Source: Isurus oxyrinchus (lineage: Eukaryota). From it: 64,000 nucleotides of DNA. Numbering within the stretch: the stretch's first letter is position 1; every line of letters starts with the position of its first letter. The stretch spans positions 3,162,001 to 3,226,000 of the forward strand of contig JANJGN010000026.1 of assembly GCA_026770705.1 (NCBI GenBank). The letters run 5' to 3'. The position numbers were made by a program, and so were the translations under genes. This document shows positions 1 through 15,079 of the stretch, piece by piece. Below the pieces are notes generated by a model that saw only the letters and a list, made by a program, of their open reading frames with translations, had not been told where the DNA came from and ran no database searches.

Positions 1-951
1 TGCTTGCTCCATTCATTTTGGGGCATTTTCGAAACAACATATTTGCATTGGAAAGTGTGCAGCAAACATTTGCAGCCATACTGAAGTTGATCAGAGGCAT
101 AAGTTATTTGGTAAGTTTGCATTTGATTATATAACGTTGAGAGATGGCTTGATATATTTACATAATGCAGGGATGGTCTAGGTTATATGCATATAAGTTA
201 CATACCCACGTACAGCACCCAGAATGAGAGAGCATGATTTTATAATTATGCTGGATTGACGGAAGGAAACACTTGCTCAGAACAATAGTGAACATCCAGA
301 AAATTCCCTTCAGGTGGCTATTGATACGGGAATGGCCTACAATGTTCAATGTTGATACCAGCAGACACATGTTAGACAATGCATCCATGGACATGCTATG
401 GTTCCAAGGAAATTAACCCAGGGCACAATTTCACTATGATCTCAAATAATCACAGAGAAGCTCGTGCTGTTGAATGGTGCCCGCTGTTCCGAGGTTTGCA
501 TTCACTTTAATAAACAAAATCTCGACATGACAAATGTAGCCAGCTAATTTCCACCTGTATCTACTTGGACAAACCAATCTTGTAACGTTCTGTATCTCTG
601 CAACTCCTACAACTTCCTCCAAAGCTGCTTATTCTTCCCTCAGTGACAGGCCCTCCTCCTGCTTAAATTAGTATGAACTTTCTTACGAACAAATGTTACT
701 GAACGTTTGCAATGTTGTTCCTTGTCTCCCCTTCTCCACCACATCATCGCTATTTCAGTTATGAAGTCTTCCATTATGTGTAGTATTTGGCTCTTCAATA
801 AAGTATTTATCCTGTGACACAGTGCAATTCATATTCAAAAGCATGAGCTAAAATTGGTCAAATGGTAAACAGTTAAACTATATGTTTATCTAAGTAACTG
901 ACTAGAAAACAGATGATGTATCTAATTGCCCGCCTGGAGATTTCCACTAAG

Positions 952-959
952 TATAAATA
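952..959 (+). promoter_or_regulatory. TATA box upstream of GPCR pseudogene exon 1
   Basis: TATAAATA ~80 bp upstream of ATG 1041; the same motif lies upstream of the paralog at 27766. Confidence 0.45.
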
Positions 960-1040
960 AGATGCTGACTCAAATGGTTCAACCAAACACTGACTGATGC
1001 TGTTGACTGCAGGGCAACACACCGGGGATTCTGACTGAGA

Positions 1041-3864
1041 ATGCTTGGGTCAGAAACTAGCCCTCTTGATGCATTTTATTATCGCATTCTGGCAGCTATT
1101 GGCATTTCCGGTGATTTAATACAGTGTTTTGATTTTCTATACAAATGTTACATTGTCTGTAGTATTTTTTTCACCACTGATACACCGACATGCATACAAA
1201 CAATTTGTTGAATGAAGATTTTCGAAGTTGGTTCATTATTGGGGGCCAAATTGATAATGATGGATTTCTGGTTTATAGCAGAATGGAAATAAATCTGCTG
1301 GGCCATTGTTTTTGAGACCAGTTCATGGTCTAACTGGGAGACTTGGAGCCAATCAGCGTCCCAATCAATGGAAATCGACTCAGGGTTTATATCAGAATTG
1401 GGAAGCTAGTGCCAGGCCGAGTAAAGGAGGTAGATGCATGGTTTAGATCAGCTTTAGGGAGCGAATGTTGGTTGGAGTTTTAAGGGGATAAGGACGTTCC
1501 TTAGATACGAATTAGAGAACAATTGCTCTCATGAGGCTATAGTGATGCACACGTCGTTCATATGTAAGTCTGATACAGGAGGAACATACGAATGTGTGAA
1601 GAAATGCATTGCAGCAGGAATAGGCTGTCAGGTGTCTTGACACTGCTCCACCATTCAATAACATAATGGCTGGTCTGATTGTAACCTCAACCCGACATTC
1701 CTGCCTACACCAATAATCTTTCATTCTCTTGCTTATCAAGTATCTATGTGCTCCTGCCTTAACGACATACAGTGCCTACTTCCACTGCCTTTTGTGGTGA
1801 CTCACGACACTCTGAGAGAAAAATCAAACCTGCTTACCTCTGTCTTAAATAAGTGACAACTTATTTTGTAAAGAGCGATACCTAGCTCTATGTTCTCCCC
1901 CCAGAGGATCAATCCTTTCCTCATCTAACCTGTCACTACCCCTTAGGATCTTATATATTTCAATCAAGTTGCTTCTTACTCCTCTGAATTCCTGCCAATA
2001 CAACCCTCACCTGTTCAACCAGTGCTCAGAAGACAAATTAGCCATTCCTACTATTAGTCTGGTAAACATTCTCTGAACTGCTTCCAATGCATTTACCTCT
2101 TTCCTTTAAAACAGAGACCAATACTAGACATTGTACTCCAAATGCAATCTCAACAATGCCATCTAGAAGTGAAGCGCAACCTCTCTACCATTCCTATCAA
2201 TTCATCTCACTATAAATGATATTACTTGGATGCTACCAAATTTACTCTCCGGAGCAAAAAGTAAATATAGTCCTTTATTTTTCAAATTTATACGTTATTT
2301 ACTATTAATTATGCAGTAATTGAAGAATATTATCTGCTTTCACAACTTCACGATTCAGGGGAGAACATGGTCAAGTTTATAAGAAGAGACCAGAGGCTCA
2401 AAGCATGGAGCAAGGATGTCAGGGATCCTCTCTCTGAAGAGCATTCAGAATCTGGGACTCAAGTCACCTGAAATACCTTCACAGTTATCAAGAATGTTCT
2501 TTAAAAGTATCAGAGCAAAAGAAAAAAAAATGCTTCTACCAGAGAGTCAGTAAGGAGAGTGGGCGAAGTTATCAACATTGAAAGAAGCAAAGGCAACATT
2601 AGGGCACAAAGAATGTGATATTGCAGTTTTAAAAGGAGGCAGGAGTTCTGCTTGCAGCCCGCTCAGTATTCACCCCTCAAACGACATTACAGTATAACTG
2701 GCCACTAATTTCATCTCACTCCAGTTCGTGGGATTTCAGTTCCAGTCGGCAACTTCAAAACATCTTAGAATGCATGATTGGGCTACTAACTAAAAAAGTA
2801 ATGATCTAAATGCAACCATGGTTCCAAATTTCTTAATCAGATTCTCAAACACACACACAGAGGTCGACAGTCGATCAAAATGTACAATAAAGAGCAAGTA
2901 CTTGGCAGTCGCCTATTAGTTGCATTAATTTTTGTTTCTTCAGCCTGTGAATAGCGAACCTAATGTCCTTTGTGATCCTGCACCGAGGCAAATACGGTCT
3001 CTCCACATGCATCACTCGTTACCTGGTGTCCATGGCAGTCACTGATCTCCTGGTTGTTATCACCGCTCAGCTGCTGAGTCCAATCAGTGGTATTTATCTG
3101 CCGGTCACTTTCCTGTCCACCACTCCCGCTTGCGGCATCAGCACGGTGCTCATCTATGCATTGTGAGACTGTACCATCTGGCTTACTGGCGCCTTCACTT
3201 TCGATTGATTTGTAGCCATTTGCTTCCAGAATATGAAAACAAATTATTGCACTGGAAAAACGACTCGTGTGGTCATATGCTCTGTTTGTGCCCTGGGTAC
3301 ATGGAAAAGCATCCCATAGAACTTTGTGTATGAGCCAGTCAATGTGATTGACCGATTGCCCTAGTTTTGTAGAATTAAGTTAGGCTTTTACCTTCATTTG
3401 CATGGACAGGCTTCAACTGGTTCGACTGTGTGTTAACGCCCACAACCCTGTTCCTCCTGGTTTTACTGCTGAATTCTCTGACTGTCAGAAACATTGTAGC
3501 CACCGACAGAGCCCGAAGGAAACTCCAGAGCCACAGCAATTGAAAGAGTGGGAGTGACACAGAGATGGAGAGCTAGAAAAAATCCATCATTTTACTCTTT
3601 ATTATATCAGGCAATTTCATCACATTATGGACCACCTATGTTGTGAATGTTATGTATGTGCGCATTACAGACTGTTCTTATTTCATAGGGTTTGTTTTCA
3701 AAATTGCTACATTTATTCTAGAAGAAAGTGGAAACATGCTACTACTTCTGAGCTGCTGCATCAACACGTGTACATATGCAGTGACACAGGCTAAGTTCAG
3801 GCAGGAGTTAAAGAATGCTCTGAAACAACCACCGTATCTCATTGTTCAATTGGTCAATAAGTGA
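1041..3864 (+). pseudogene. GPR139-like: Class A GPCR pseudogene, GPR139/GPR142-like shark-expanded family; exons 1041-1110 and 2955-3864
   Basis: Exon 1 encodes MLGSETSPLDAFYYRILAAIGIS with a GT donor at 1111. Exon 2 follows AG at 2953-2954 and reads ANLMSFVILHRGKYGLSTCITRYLVSMAVTDLLV...SCCINTCTYAVTQAKFRQEL, colinear with the intact copy at 28413. In-frame stops at 3164, 3206 (Arg of the DRx motif), 3317, 3362, 3541 and 3574, plus a 1-nt frameshift near 3392. Confidence 0.9.
1600..2230 (-). mobile_element. Degenerate CR1-type LINE 3' fragment in GPCR intron
   Basis: Reverse complement resembles the CR1 ORF2 C-terminus/3' UTR seen in better-preserved copies in this window. Confidence 0.55.
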
Positions 3865-4108
3865 AAAGGCGAAATCATTTAGTAATGACGCTCTGTCCCA
3901 TATTCCTTCTGGAACCATTTATATTCTTATTTGAAACATGGCATGTTGCCATGTGATGCTACACCTCAAATGACCCTCCCCAACTCCAGCACACAAAAAT
4001 GCACACAGACAGACAGAATCAAACAACCTCAAACACACACTTACACGCACAATAATACACACAGCAAACAAACAGACAAACTCATACGCGTGCACACCCA
4101 CACGCCCA

Positions 4109-4252
4109 NNNNNNNNNNNNNNNNNNNNNNNNNNNNNNNNNNNNNNNNNNNNNNNNNNNNNNNNNNNNNNNNNNNNNNNNNNNNNNNNNNNNNNNNNNNN
4201 NNNNNNNNNNNNNNNNNNNNNNNNNNNNNNNNNNNNNNNNNNNNNNNNNNNN
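4109..4252. other. Assembly gap (N run)
   Basis: Run of N. Confidence 1.
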
Positions 4253-5084
4253 TGTTGTTTTATTTTTTTGTTTATTTCTGTTAGACTGTGAATTTAAATC
4301 TACAATGGCTGACATTTAAAATACATATCTACTGGAACAGAACCAGAGATATATCCAAGGTTGTTGTCCTGGAACATAGAGTGCCCTGAAAGACAAACTG
4401 TGCCAGACAATAGTTCTGAACAAATGGAGCTGCCTGATAGACAACAGAACTTTAATTGGCTCCTGTCCAGGCGACCAGTTTTGTGCGGTGGCAATGCAGC
4501 AGATAAGCTCCTCGCCTGAGAAGGAAAACAATGTAGAACTTCTTACTCCTGTGCATGTAAGATTCCAGTAATTTTACAACAATAATTAGCTGGCTCTCTT
4601 AAACCCCTTTCAAGAGGAAAAAAGGAAAATCATCGTTAGAGACATTGGAAAGCAAGTGTTCAAACAATGAGTTAAAAACTGAAGGTTTTCATGCCATCAA
4701 CAATGATACTAAAGGAATTTGGAAGACATCAATCAAATTCAATCATCCGAATCCTGTACTCCAGAATTGGTGCTATTGAACTTTTTTACCCCGCCCTTAA
4801 AATCCAAGTGTTTTTTTGTGTCTTATGTGGCTTGTTTGTGTGCATATTGTGGTTGAAGAAGGGATAGAGTTTAGGTTATAGAATTAGACATTAGCAGTTG
4901 ATGTCTCTTTCTTTTGCCACTGGTTAAAGACAATTCATTCAATAAACTCTTATTTACTTTTTTTAAGTTTACAGGCCCCGTGATTTTATTATTTAGCCTA
5001 AATTTAATAATTAGGTGGTTTGATCAAATGTTTCCCATTTGTCGCAGTTTGGGGTGCAGTGGGGTTTGATATTGCAGCACACGA
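4253..5084 (+). mobile_element. Probable solo-LTR/LTR remnant between two gaps
   Basis: Non-coding, LTR-like composition with AATAAA (~4941) followed by a T-rich U5-like tract; both ends hidden by gaps. Confidence 0.3.
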
Positions 5085-5233
5085 NNNNNNNNNNNNNNNN
5101 NNNNNNNNNNNNNNNNNNNNNNNNNNNNNNNNNNNNNNNNNNNNNNNNNNNNNNNNNNNNNNNNNNNNNNNNNNNNNNNNNNNNNNNNNNNNNNNNNNNN
5201 NNNNNNNNNNNNNNNNNNNNNNNNNNNNNNNNN
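5085..5233. other. Assembly gap (N run)
   Basis: Run of N. Confidence 1.
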
Positions 5234-8200
5234 TTGTCCAATGATGTCCATGGAACCATTGTCGATTGCTATAAAAACCCACCTGGTTCTCAACTATCCT
5301 GTAGAGAAGCAAACCGGTTTTTCTTACCTGGCCTGACTGACCCGTGACTCCAGACCAACAGCAACGTGGCTGATTCTTAGATAAAGGCAAAATACTGGAA
5401 ATGCTGGAAATCCAAAACAAAAAAAAAGTGCTGGAAAAGCTCAGCAGGTCTGACATCTGTGGAGAGAAAGACAAGATTTCATTTCGAGTCTGTATGACAC
5501 TTGTACACCCCCACTAGGGTCGTCTGCCACTTGCTCATTCTGCTTTCCACTCTTAATGTCACCTTTAGCTCCACCTTTAGCCAGTGTGGCCACCTCCATC
5601 ACCCCTTTGGCCTTTTGTTTATGGCATCTTTTGCAACTTCTCTTTCGCCTCCAACTATCACTAGCTTTCTATCCACCTGTCCCACCCCCCTTAAGCAGTA
5701 TATATCTCACGAGATTTCTACTTCTATTTAGTTCCGTAGAAGAGTCATGCAGACTGGAAACGTTCACTCTGTCTTTCTCACCACAGATGCTGTCTGCCCT
5801 GCTCAGTTTTTCCTTTGTTTTTGTGGCTGACACTTAAACGGTCTCTGAAATGGCCTAGCAAGCCACCCACTTGTAACAAACAGCTACAAAGCTACAAAAA
5901 AATAATTGAACCAAATGGATCGACTGGCACCGACCTTGGTGCAGGAAACAACAACGGCAACATCAGCCCTGCCGAACAAATAAATTCCTCCTTACTAACA
6001 TGTGGGACTCGTGCCAACATTCAGAGAGCTGCCTCACAGACTAGTCAAGCAACAGCCAGACATTGTCATCCTCTTGGAATCATATGTTACAGATAATGCC
6101 CCAGACACCACCAGCATCATCGCTGGGTATGTCCTGTCATATCAACAGTACAGACCCTGCAGAGGTGGCAGTACAGTGGTACACAGTCGGGAGGGATTTG
6201 CCCTGGGAGTCCTCAACATCAAATCCAAACCCTGTTAGGTGTCATGACATCCAGTCAAATATGGGCAAGGAAGCCTCCTGTTGATTTCCACATACTGCCC
6301 ACCCTCAGCTGGTGAATCTGTTCTCCTCTATCATGAACAGCACCTGGAGGAAACACTGAGGATGGCCAAGGTGCAGAATGTGCTCTGGATGGGGGACTTC
6401 ACTGTCAGCACCATAAGTGTCTCAGTAGCATCACTACCGAACTAGCTAGCCGAGTCCTAAAGGACATATTTGCTAGAATGGGTCTGCGGCAGGTGCTGAT
6501 GGAACTAAAAAGAGGGAGAACCATACTTGACCTCATCCTCACCAGCCTGCCTACCGCAGATGCATTTGTCCATGACAGTATCAGTAGGAGGTAGCAATGC
6601 ACAGTCATTGTGGACACGAAGTCCCACCTTCACGTCGAGGATAACTTCCATCGTGTTGTGTGGCACTACCAAAGTGCTAAATGGGATAGATATCGAACAG
6701 ATCTAGCAACTCAAGACTCGGCATCCATGTGGCACAGTGGGCCACCAGCAGCGGCAGAATTGTACTGAACACAACCTGTTAACTCACGTCCCAGCATATC
6801 CCCCACTCTACCATTACCATAAAGCCAGGGGATTAACAATGGTTCAATAAAGAGTGCAGAAGGGCATGCCAGGAGCAACAGCAGGTATGCATAAATTGAG
6901 GTGTCAACCTGATAAATCTATAACACATGACTACTTGCATGTCAAACAGCATAAGCAGCATGTGATAGGCAGAGCTAAGAGATCCCACAACCAACTGATC
7001 AGATCTCAGATCTACAGGCTTGCTGCATCCAGCCATGAATTATCGTGGGCAATTAAACACTCACTGGAGGAGGAGGCTCCATAAATATCCCTATCACTCA
7101 TGATGGATGAGCCCAGCACATCAATGCTAATGATAAGGCTGAAGAATTTGTTACAATTTTCAGCCAGAAGTGCTGCGTGAATTGTTGATCTCACACTGCT
7201 CTGGAGGCGCCCAGTATCACAGATGCCAGTCTTCAGCTAATTCGATTCACTCCTCCAGGTGACATCATGGAACTGCTGAAGGCACTGCATACTGCAAAGG
7301 CTGTGGGCCCTGACGACATTCTGGTTATAGTACTGAAGACTTGTGCTCCAGAGCTTGCCGCGCCCCTAGCCTAGCTGCTCCAGCACAGCTACAAATTTGC
7401 ATCCACTGAGCTACGTTGAAAATTGCCCAGGTATGTCCTGTACACAAGAATCAGGACAAATCCTACGTAGCTAATTACCACCCCATCAGTCTATACTCGA
7501 TTATCAGTAAAGTAATGGAAGGGGTCATTGAGAGTGTTATCAAGCTATGCTTGCTGAGCAATAACCTGCTCGCTGACACCCAGGTTGCATTCCGCCAGGG
7601 TCACTCAGCTACTGACCTCTTTACAGCCTTAGTTCGAACATGGACAAAAAAGTTGAACTTACAAGCTGATGTGAGAGTCGCTGCCCTTGTCATCAAGGCA
7701 GCATTTGACAGAATATGGCATTAAGGAGCCCCAGCAATACTGGAATCAATGGGAATCAGGGGGGAAAACACTTCGCTGGTTGGAGTCATAACTAGCACAA
7801 AGCAATATGGCTGTGGTTGTTGGAGGTCAGTCATCTCAGCTGCGGTCATGGTGGCAGGAGTTCCTCAGGGTAGTGTCCCAGGTGCAACTATCTTCAATCG
7901 CTTCAGGAATGATTTTCATTCCATCATAAGGTCAAAAGTGTGAATGCTCGCTGATGATTGCAAATTTTTAACACTCTCCATGAGTCCTCAGATGCTGAAG
8001 CAGTTCATGTCCAAATGCAGTGTGACCTGGACAATATTTACGCTTGGGCTGACAAGTGACATATAACTTAAGCGACACATAAGCGTCTGGCAATGGCCCT
8101 GTCCAGCAGGAGAGAACCCAACCATTGCCCATGACATTCAATGGCATTATCATCAGTAAATTCCTCCACTATCAACATCCTGGGGGGTTACCATTGACCA

Positions 8201-8775
8201 GAAACTGAATCTGACTAGCCATATAAATACTGTGGTGACAGAGCAGGTTAGAGGGTAGGAATCGTGTGACGAGTAACTCATATCCTGACTCCCCAAAGCC
8301 TGTCCCCTATCTAGAAGGCACGAGTCAGGTATGTGATGGAATACCCGCACTTGCCTGAGTGAGTACATCTGCCACAGCATTCAGGAAGCATTACATCATC
8401 CAGCACAATGCAGCTCGTTTGATAGGCAACACATCCACAAACACTCACTCCCTGTACCACTGACGCACAGCAGCAGCATGTACCATCTACAATGCACTGC
8501 AGAAATTCACCAAGGCTCCTTTGACAACACCTTCCAAACCCACGACCACTAGCATCTAGAGGGACAAGGGTAGCAGTTAAATGGGAACACCACCCCTAGA
8601 AATTGCCCTGCAATTCACTCACAACCCTGAATTGGAAATATAACATCGTTCCTTCACCGTTGCTGGGTCAAAATTCTGTAACACCCTTCCTAACCACATG
8701 GGCTGCAGCGGTTCAAGGAGGCAGCTCACCATCACCTTCTCAAGAGGCCAATTAGGGATGAGCAATAAATGCTCA
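5234..8775 (+). mobile_element. Near full-length degenerate non-LTR retrotransposon (CR1/L2-group LINE): APE endonuclease + reverse transcriptase
   Basis: Endonuclease remnant QQPDIVILLESY...RGGSTVVH (6002-6238); RT remnants NYHPISLYSIISKVMEG...KAAFDRIWH (7416-7724) and GVPQGSVPG (~7857). 3' tail ...caattagggatgagcaataaatgct is shared with other copies. Many stops and frameshifts. Confidence 0.85.
5381..5822. mobile_element. Penelope-derived non-autonomous element with inverted ends, inserted in the LINE 5' region
   Basis: Left arm (ctggaaaagctcagcaggtctgacatctgtggagagaaag) is inverse-complementary to right arm (tctttctcaccacagatgctgtctgccctgctcagttttt); imperfect TSD gtggctgattctta (5366) / gtggctgacactta (5823); arms match the 3' end of the Penelope fragment at 43490-43625. 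Confidence 0.7.
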
Positions 8776-11700
8776 AAAGCACACACACATGCACTCACGC
8801 ACACACAAAAACGCAGACACACTCACATGCACACACATACACAGAAAAACCTGCATGTGTACACACACATCCTCAGAGATGCATGCACATAAAAGCAGAT
8901 ACACATTGATACACACAGAAAAACACATATAATCACACATGCAAACACACACACACACACACATAGATAAACACACAGGCACATGCATACATGCACATGC
9001 AAGCACACACAAACAAAAATGCAGAACCATAGGCACAAACACACAAACACGCATACACAGAGACACACACACACAAATACGTGCATACAAACACACATAC
9101 ACAACTGACACACACATAAACAAGCATGCATAAACTCATACAGACCTGCACACAAACAAGCACACGCAAACAAATACAGGTACACACACTATCAAATATG
9201 CACACAGAGGCACACACACACAATTATGAACAAACACTCTCAAATGCACATGCATGCACACACATATTCATACACACACAAACACCCACATGCAAATGAG
9301 CATGCACATACGACACACATGCACGCACACACTCAAACACACAAATTGACATGTGCACACACACACACACACACACACAGACACACAAACTCATAGTCAC
9401 ATGCACACAAATACACATTCACACAGATATTCACTCACACACACACACAACCTCATACATTCAAGTGCGCACAAACATGCACACAAAATTACACAAATAT
9501 AAACACATACACACAGGCACAGGCACACATGTGCACGCAAGAACACACACGTACACATGCAGACTTAATCACAAACACGCACACATGCACACATATGCAT
9601 ATACACAGACACATACACACAAACACTCACATCCAGATGTACAACACATGGGCATAATTATTCACATGCACACAGGCACGCATGCACACAAATACACACA
9701 CAAAGATGCGCACACACACAGATGTGCACACAGACATAGACACACAAATAAACGAACACAGGAACAATCACACCACAGGAACACACAGGCATAAACCGAT
9801 AGTCACACATGAACAAACACTCTCAAACGCACACACAACACACACATACACACACAGCAGCACATGCACACATGCACAAACACAAGCACTCAAACAAACA
9901 CACAAACACACACATAAACACACAAATGCACACACATAGCCCCCCGGCACATACATGCACACTAATAGAAAGTAAAACACCCTCATAGATGCACACACAA
10001 ACAGCATGAACGCACACTTATTCACACACACCCAACACACAAACACAAACACACAAATCTACATGCACACCATACACATATAAATATTAACATACACACA
10101 GGAACTCATACAAGCAAACACACACAAAAAGACACACATACACATACACACAAATACATGAACGCACGAACAAACATGCAGAAACACACACATACATACA
10201 CACACGGGCAGACACACAGACACACACAGCAGGACATGCACACGTACAAGCAAACAAACATACAAAAGCACATACACACACAAATGCACATACATATACA
10301 CTCACAGAAAGTCAAACACCCTCTCACATGCACAAACAAAGAGCATGCATGCAAACTTTTTCCCACACACACTGGCATGCATACACATGAATACACCCAC
10401 GTACACACAGATATGCACACACAGGCAGAGCCAACACACAAAAACACAGACAAACAAACATGCGAATGCACAGACTCACACGCATGTACATGCACAAACA
10501 CACACACACACACACAAACACACACGCAAACACACACATAGATACGTGCACACAGACATACCTGCACAGCTGACACACAAACAAACAAGCACACACAAAC
10601 TCATACAGAGATAAGCACACAAACAAATACACATAAATGCATACAGACACACACAAGTGCACACATGTGCACACATACATATCCTATACATATGTATACA
10701 GACACAGAAGGACAAACACATACACATATGCACACACACACAAACGCAATTGCACATACACATGCACAAACACAGAGATACATGTACACAGGCACACATG
10801 CACAACTGACACACACACAAAACAGCACGCACTAACTCATACAGACACACAAAGACCAAAGAAGCACGCACAAACACAAGCACGCAAACACACACACACA
10901 CACAAATATGCACAAAGAGGCTCACACACACACAATTGCGAACAAATGTGCTCAAATGCACACATGCGCACACACATTTTCCTACACACACAAACACACA
11001 CACAAATTTACGCACGCATATGCACACACATGCACGAACACACTCAAACAACCAATCCACATGCACCTGCAGACCCCCCCACACACACAAAAACACACAC
11101 ACAGATACGTGCACATAGACATACATGCACAGCTGACACACACAAACAAGCACACGCAAACTCATACAGACACAAGCACACAAACAAGCACGCATAAATG
11201 CATGAAGACACACGCACACAAATGCACACATGCGCACACATACACACCCTGTACATACTTATATAGACACAGAAGGACAAACACACACACATTTGCACAC
11301 AAACATGCATGAACACACACATATTCATAATCACACAGACATGCCAACACACGAAAACACACACACAGATATGCAAACACAGGCACACCCAACACACACG
11401 AACAAAAATGCAGAAACACCGACACAAACACACACACATATGCACACACACACAGACACAGTCGCGCATACACATGCACAAACACACAAAAACATGTACA
11501 CAGGCATACATGCACAACTGACACACACACAAAACAGTGCGCACAAACTCATACAGACACAAAGACCAAACAAGCATGCACAAGCACAAGCACACAAAAC
11601 ACACACACACACATACACACACACATATACACACACACACAAATACACACAAACGCACTCACACACACACAATTGCAAACGAACATGCTCAAATGCACGC

Positions 11701-14700
11701 ATGCGCACACACATTTTCCTACACACACAAACAAATTCATACTTGCATACACACACACGTGCATGAACACACTCAAACAAACAAATCCACATGCACCTGC
11801 AGACCCACACACGCACACACATATTCACATGCATAGAGACAGGCAAGTACACATTGAACATACACACAGATACCCATGGACAGGTAAACATGCATACACG
11901 CACACAATCACACAACCTCATACATTCATGCACACTCTAACACATACACAAGCACACACATACATACAAACACATAAACACACAGGCACATGCAGACATC
12001 AACACAAACATGCACACACATATGCACACATATGCATACCGACACACACAGGCACACAAACACACACAAACGCACATGCAGAAACACACACATCCACATG
12101 CACACCACACACATATCAATATTAACATACACACAGGAACACATACACGGAAATACACACGCAAAGATACACACACACATATGCACAAATACACAAACAC
12201 AAGAAGAAACATGCAGAAACACACACAAACACACACACACAAACACATACACACACACAGGCACACAAAGGCACAAAGAGACAGGCACACATGAACAAAC
12301 ACACTCAAGCACACACGCACATGGGCACACACATACAGACACAGCAGTACATGCACATGCACAAGCAAACAAAGATGCACAAAAACACATACACACACAA
12401 ATGCACATACATGCACACTCACCGAAAGTCAAACGCCCTCTCACATGCACACACAAGGAGGATGCATGCAAACTTATTCTCACACACCCTGTCATGCATG
12501 CACATTAATACACACAAGTATGCACAGAAATGCACACACAGGCAGACGCAAAACACAAACACACACACAAACAAACATGCGAATGCATAGACTCACACAC
12601 ATGTGCACACACGAACACACACATACACACCCACACACAAACACACGCATAGATATGTGCACACAGACATTCATGCACAGCTGACGCACACAAACAAGCA
12701 CACACAAAGTCATACAGACACAATCACACAAACAAGCACACATAAATGCAGGTAGACACACGCACACAAATGCACACATGCACACACATACACACCCTTT
12801 ACATATGTACATAGACACAGATGGACAAACACACACATTCGCACACAAACATGCATACACACACACATGTTCATAATCACACAGACATGCCAACACACAA
12901 ATACACACACACACACACAGATATGGAAACACAGGCACACCCAACACACACGAACAAAAATGCAGAAACACCGACACAAACACACATACGTATGCACACA
13001 CACACAGATGCAATTGCACATACACACACACAAACACACAGATACATGTACACAGGCATACATGCACAGCTGACACACACACAAAACAGCGCACACTAAC
13101 TCATACAGACACACAAAGACCAAACATTCATGCACAAACACAAGCACACAAAACACATACACACACACACACACACATACACACGAATACACACAAACTG
13201 GCTCACACACACACAATTGCGAACAAACATGCTCAATTGCACATATGTGCACACACATTTTCCTACAGACACAAAGACACACACAAATTCACACATGCAT
13301 GTGCACACACATGCACGAACACACTCAAACAAACAAATCCACATGCACCTGCAGACCCACACACACACACATATTCACGTGCATAGAGACACATACACAC
13401 AGATACCCATGGACAGGCAAACATGCATACATGCACACACACACACACACACACACAACCTCATACATGCATGCACATGCTAACACACACACAAGCTCAC
13501 ACATACAAACACACACACACACACAAGCACATGCAGACATAAACACAAACACGCATACACACATGCACACATATGCATACAGACACACACAGGCACACAA
13601 GCACACAAAAACACAAACATACACATGCACATCACAAACGTATAAATATTAACAAACACACAGGCACACATAAACGCAAATACATGCACAAAGAAGCACA
13701 CACATACAGACGCACAAATACACGAACTGACGAACAAACACAGAGAAACATGCACACACATACACATACACACAGCAGCACATGCACACATGCAGATCCA
13801 GAAGTACACAATCACACACAGCACAAATGCACAAAAATGCACACTCACAGAAAGTCAAACACCCTCTCACATGCACAAAGAGCATGCATTCACACTTATT
13901 CACACACACATGCACGCATACACACGAATACACACACGTACACACAGATATGCACACATAGGCACACCCAACACACCAACACTCACACACAAACAAATAT
14001 ATGTTAACACAGACAAACGCACGCACAAACTGACATGCACACACGGACAAACACACACACACATGCACACACGCACACAAATGCAGAAACATTACATGCA
14101 AACAAACATCCACACACACACTCAGGCACATGCACATGGAAGCACACATACAAACACACACATACAGGTATACACACACAAACATACACACACATAGGTA
14201 CACACCCACATACATGCACACCCTACACACAAGCACACACACACATATCCACACACACACAGACACGCATAAATACATACACACAGGGATATGCACACAC
14301 AGGCATACTCAACACACAAACACACGCACACAAACAAACATTCATAAACACACACACACACACACACATACACTTGCACACCCAGATATATGCACAGAGG
14401 TGCAAATGCACAACTGACATACACACAAACAAGCACTCACAAACTCATACAGACACACGCACACAAACAAACATGCAGAAACTCATACAGACAGATACAC
14501 ACAAATGCACACACATATGCACCCTGCACATGCATACACAGACACAGGAATAGATATGCATTCACACATGCACACATAAACACTCGTGCACTCACACATA
14601 TTCACACACACAGAGACATGCTTCACACATACAGATATGCACACACAGGCAGCCCAACACATACNNNNNNNNNNNNNNNNNNNNNNNNNNNNNNNNNNNN

Positions 14701-15048
14701 NNNNNNNNNNNNNNNNNNNNNNNNNNNNNNNNNNNNNNNNNNNNNNNNNNNNNNNNNNNNNNNNNNNNNNNNNNNNNNNNNNNNNNNNNNNNNNNNNNNN
14801 NNNNNNNNNNNNNNNNNNNNNNGCATGCACAACTGACACACAGAAACAGTCATGCACAAATTCATACAGACACACAAACACACAAACAATCACGCACAAA
14901 GACATGCACACAGGCATGTACACAAACACACAAATACAAACAGATAGGCACACACACAGACACACGCACAATTGCAAACAAACATGCTCAAATGTGCATA
15001 TGTACAAACGTACATATTCATACACACAGAAATGCACACAAAAAATTC

Positions 15049-15079
<31 letters not shown>

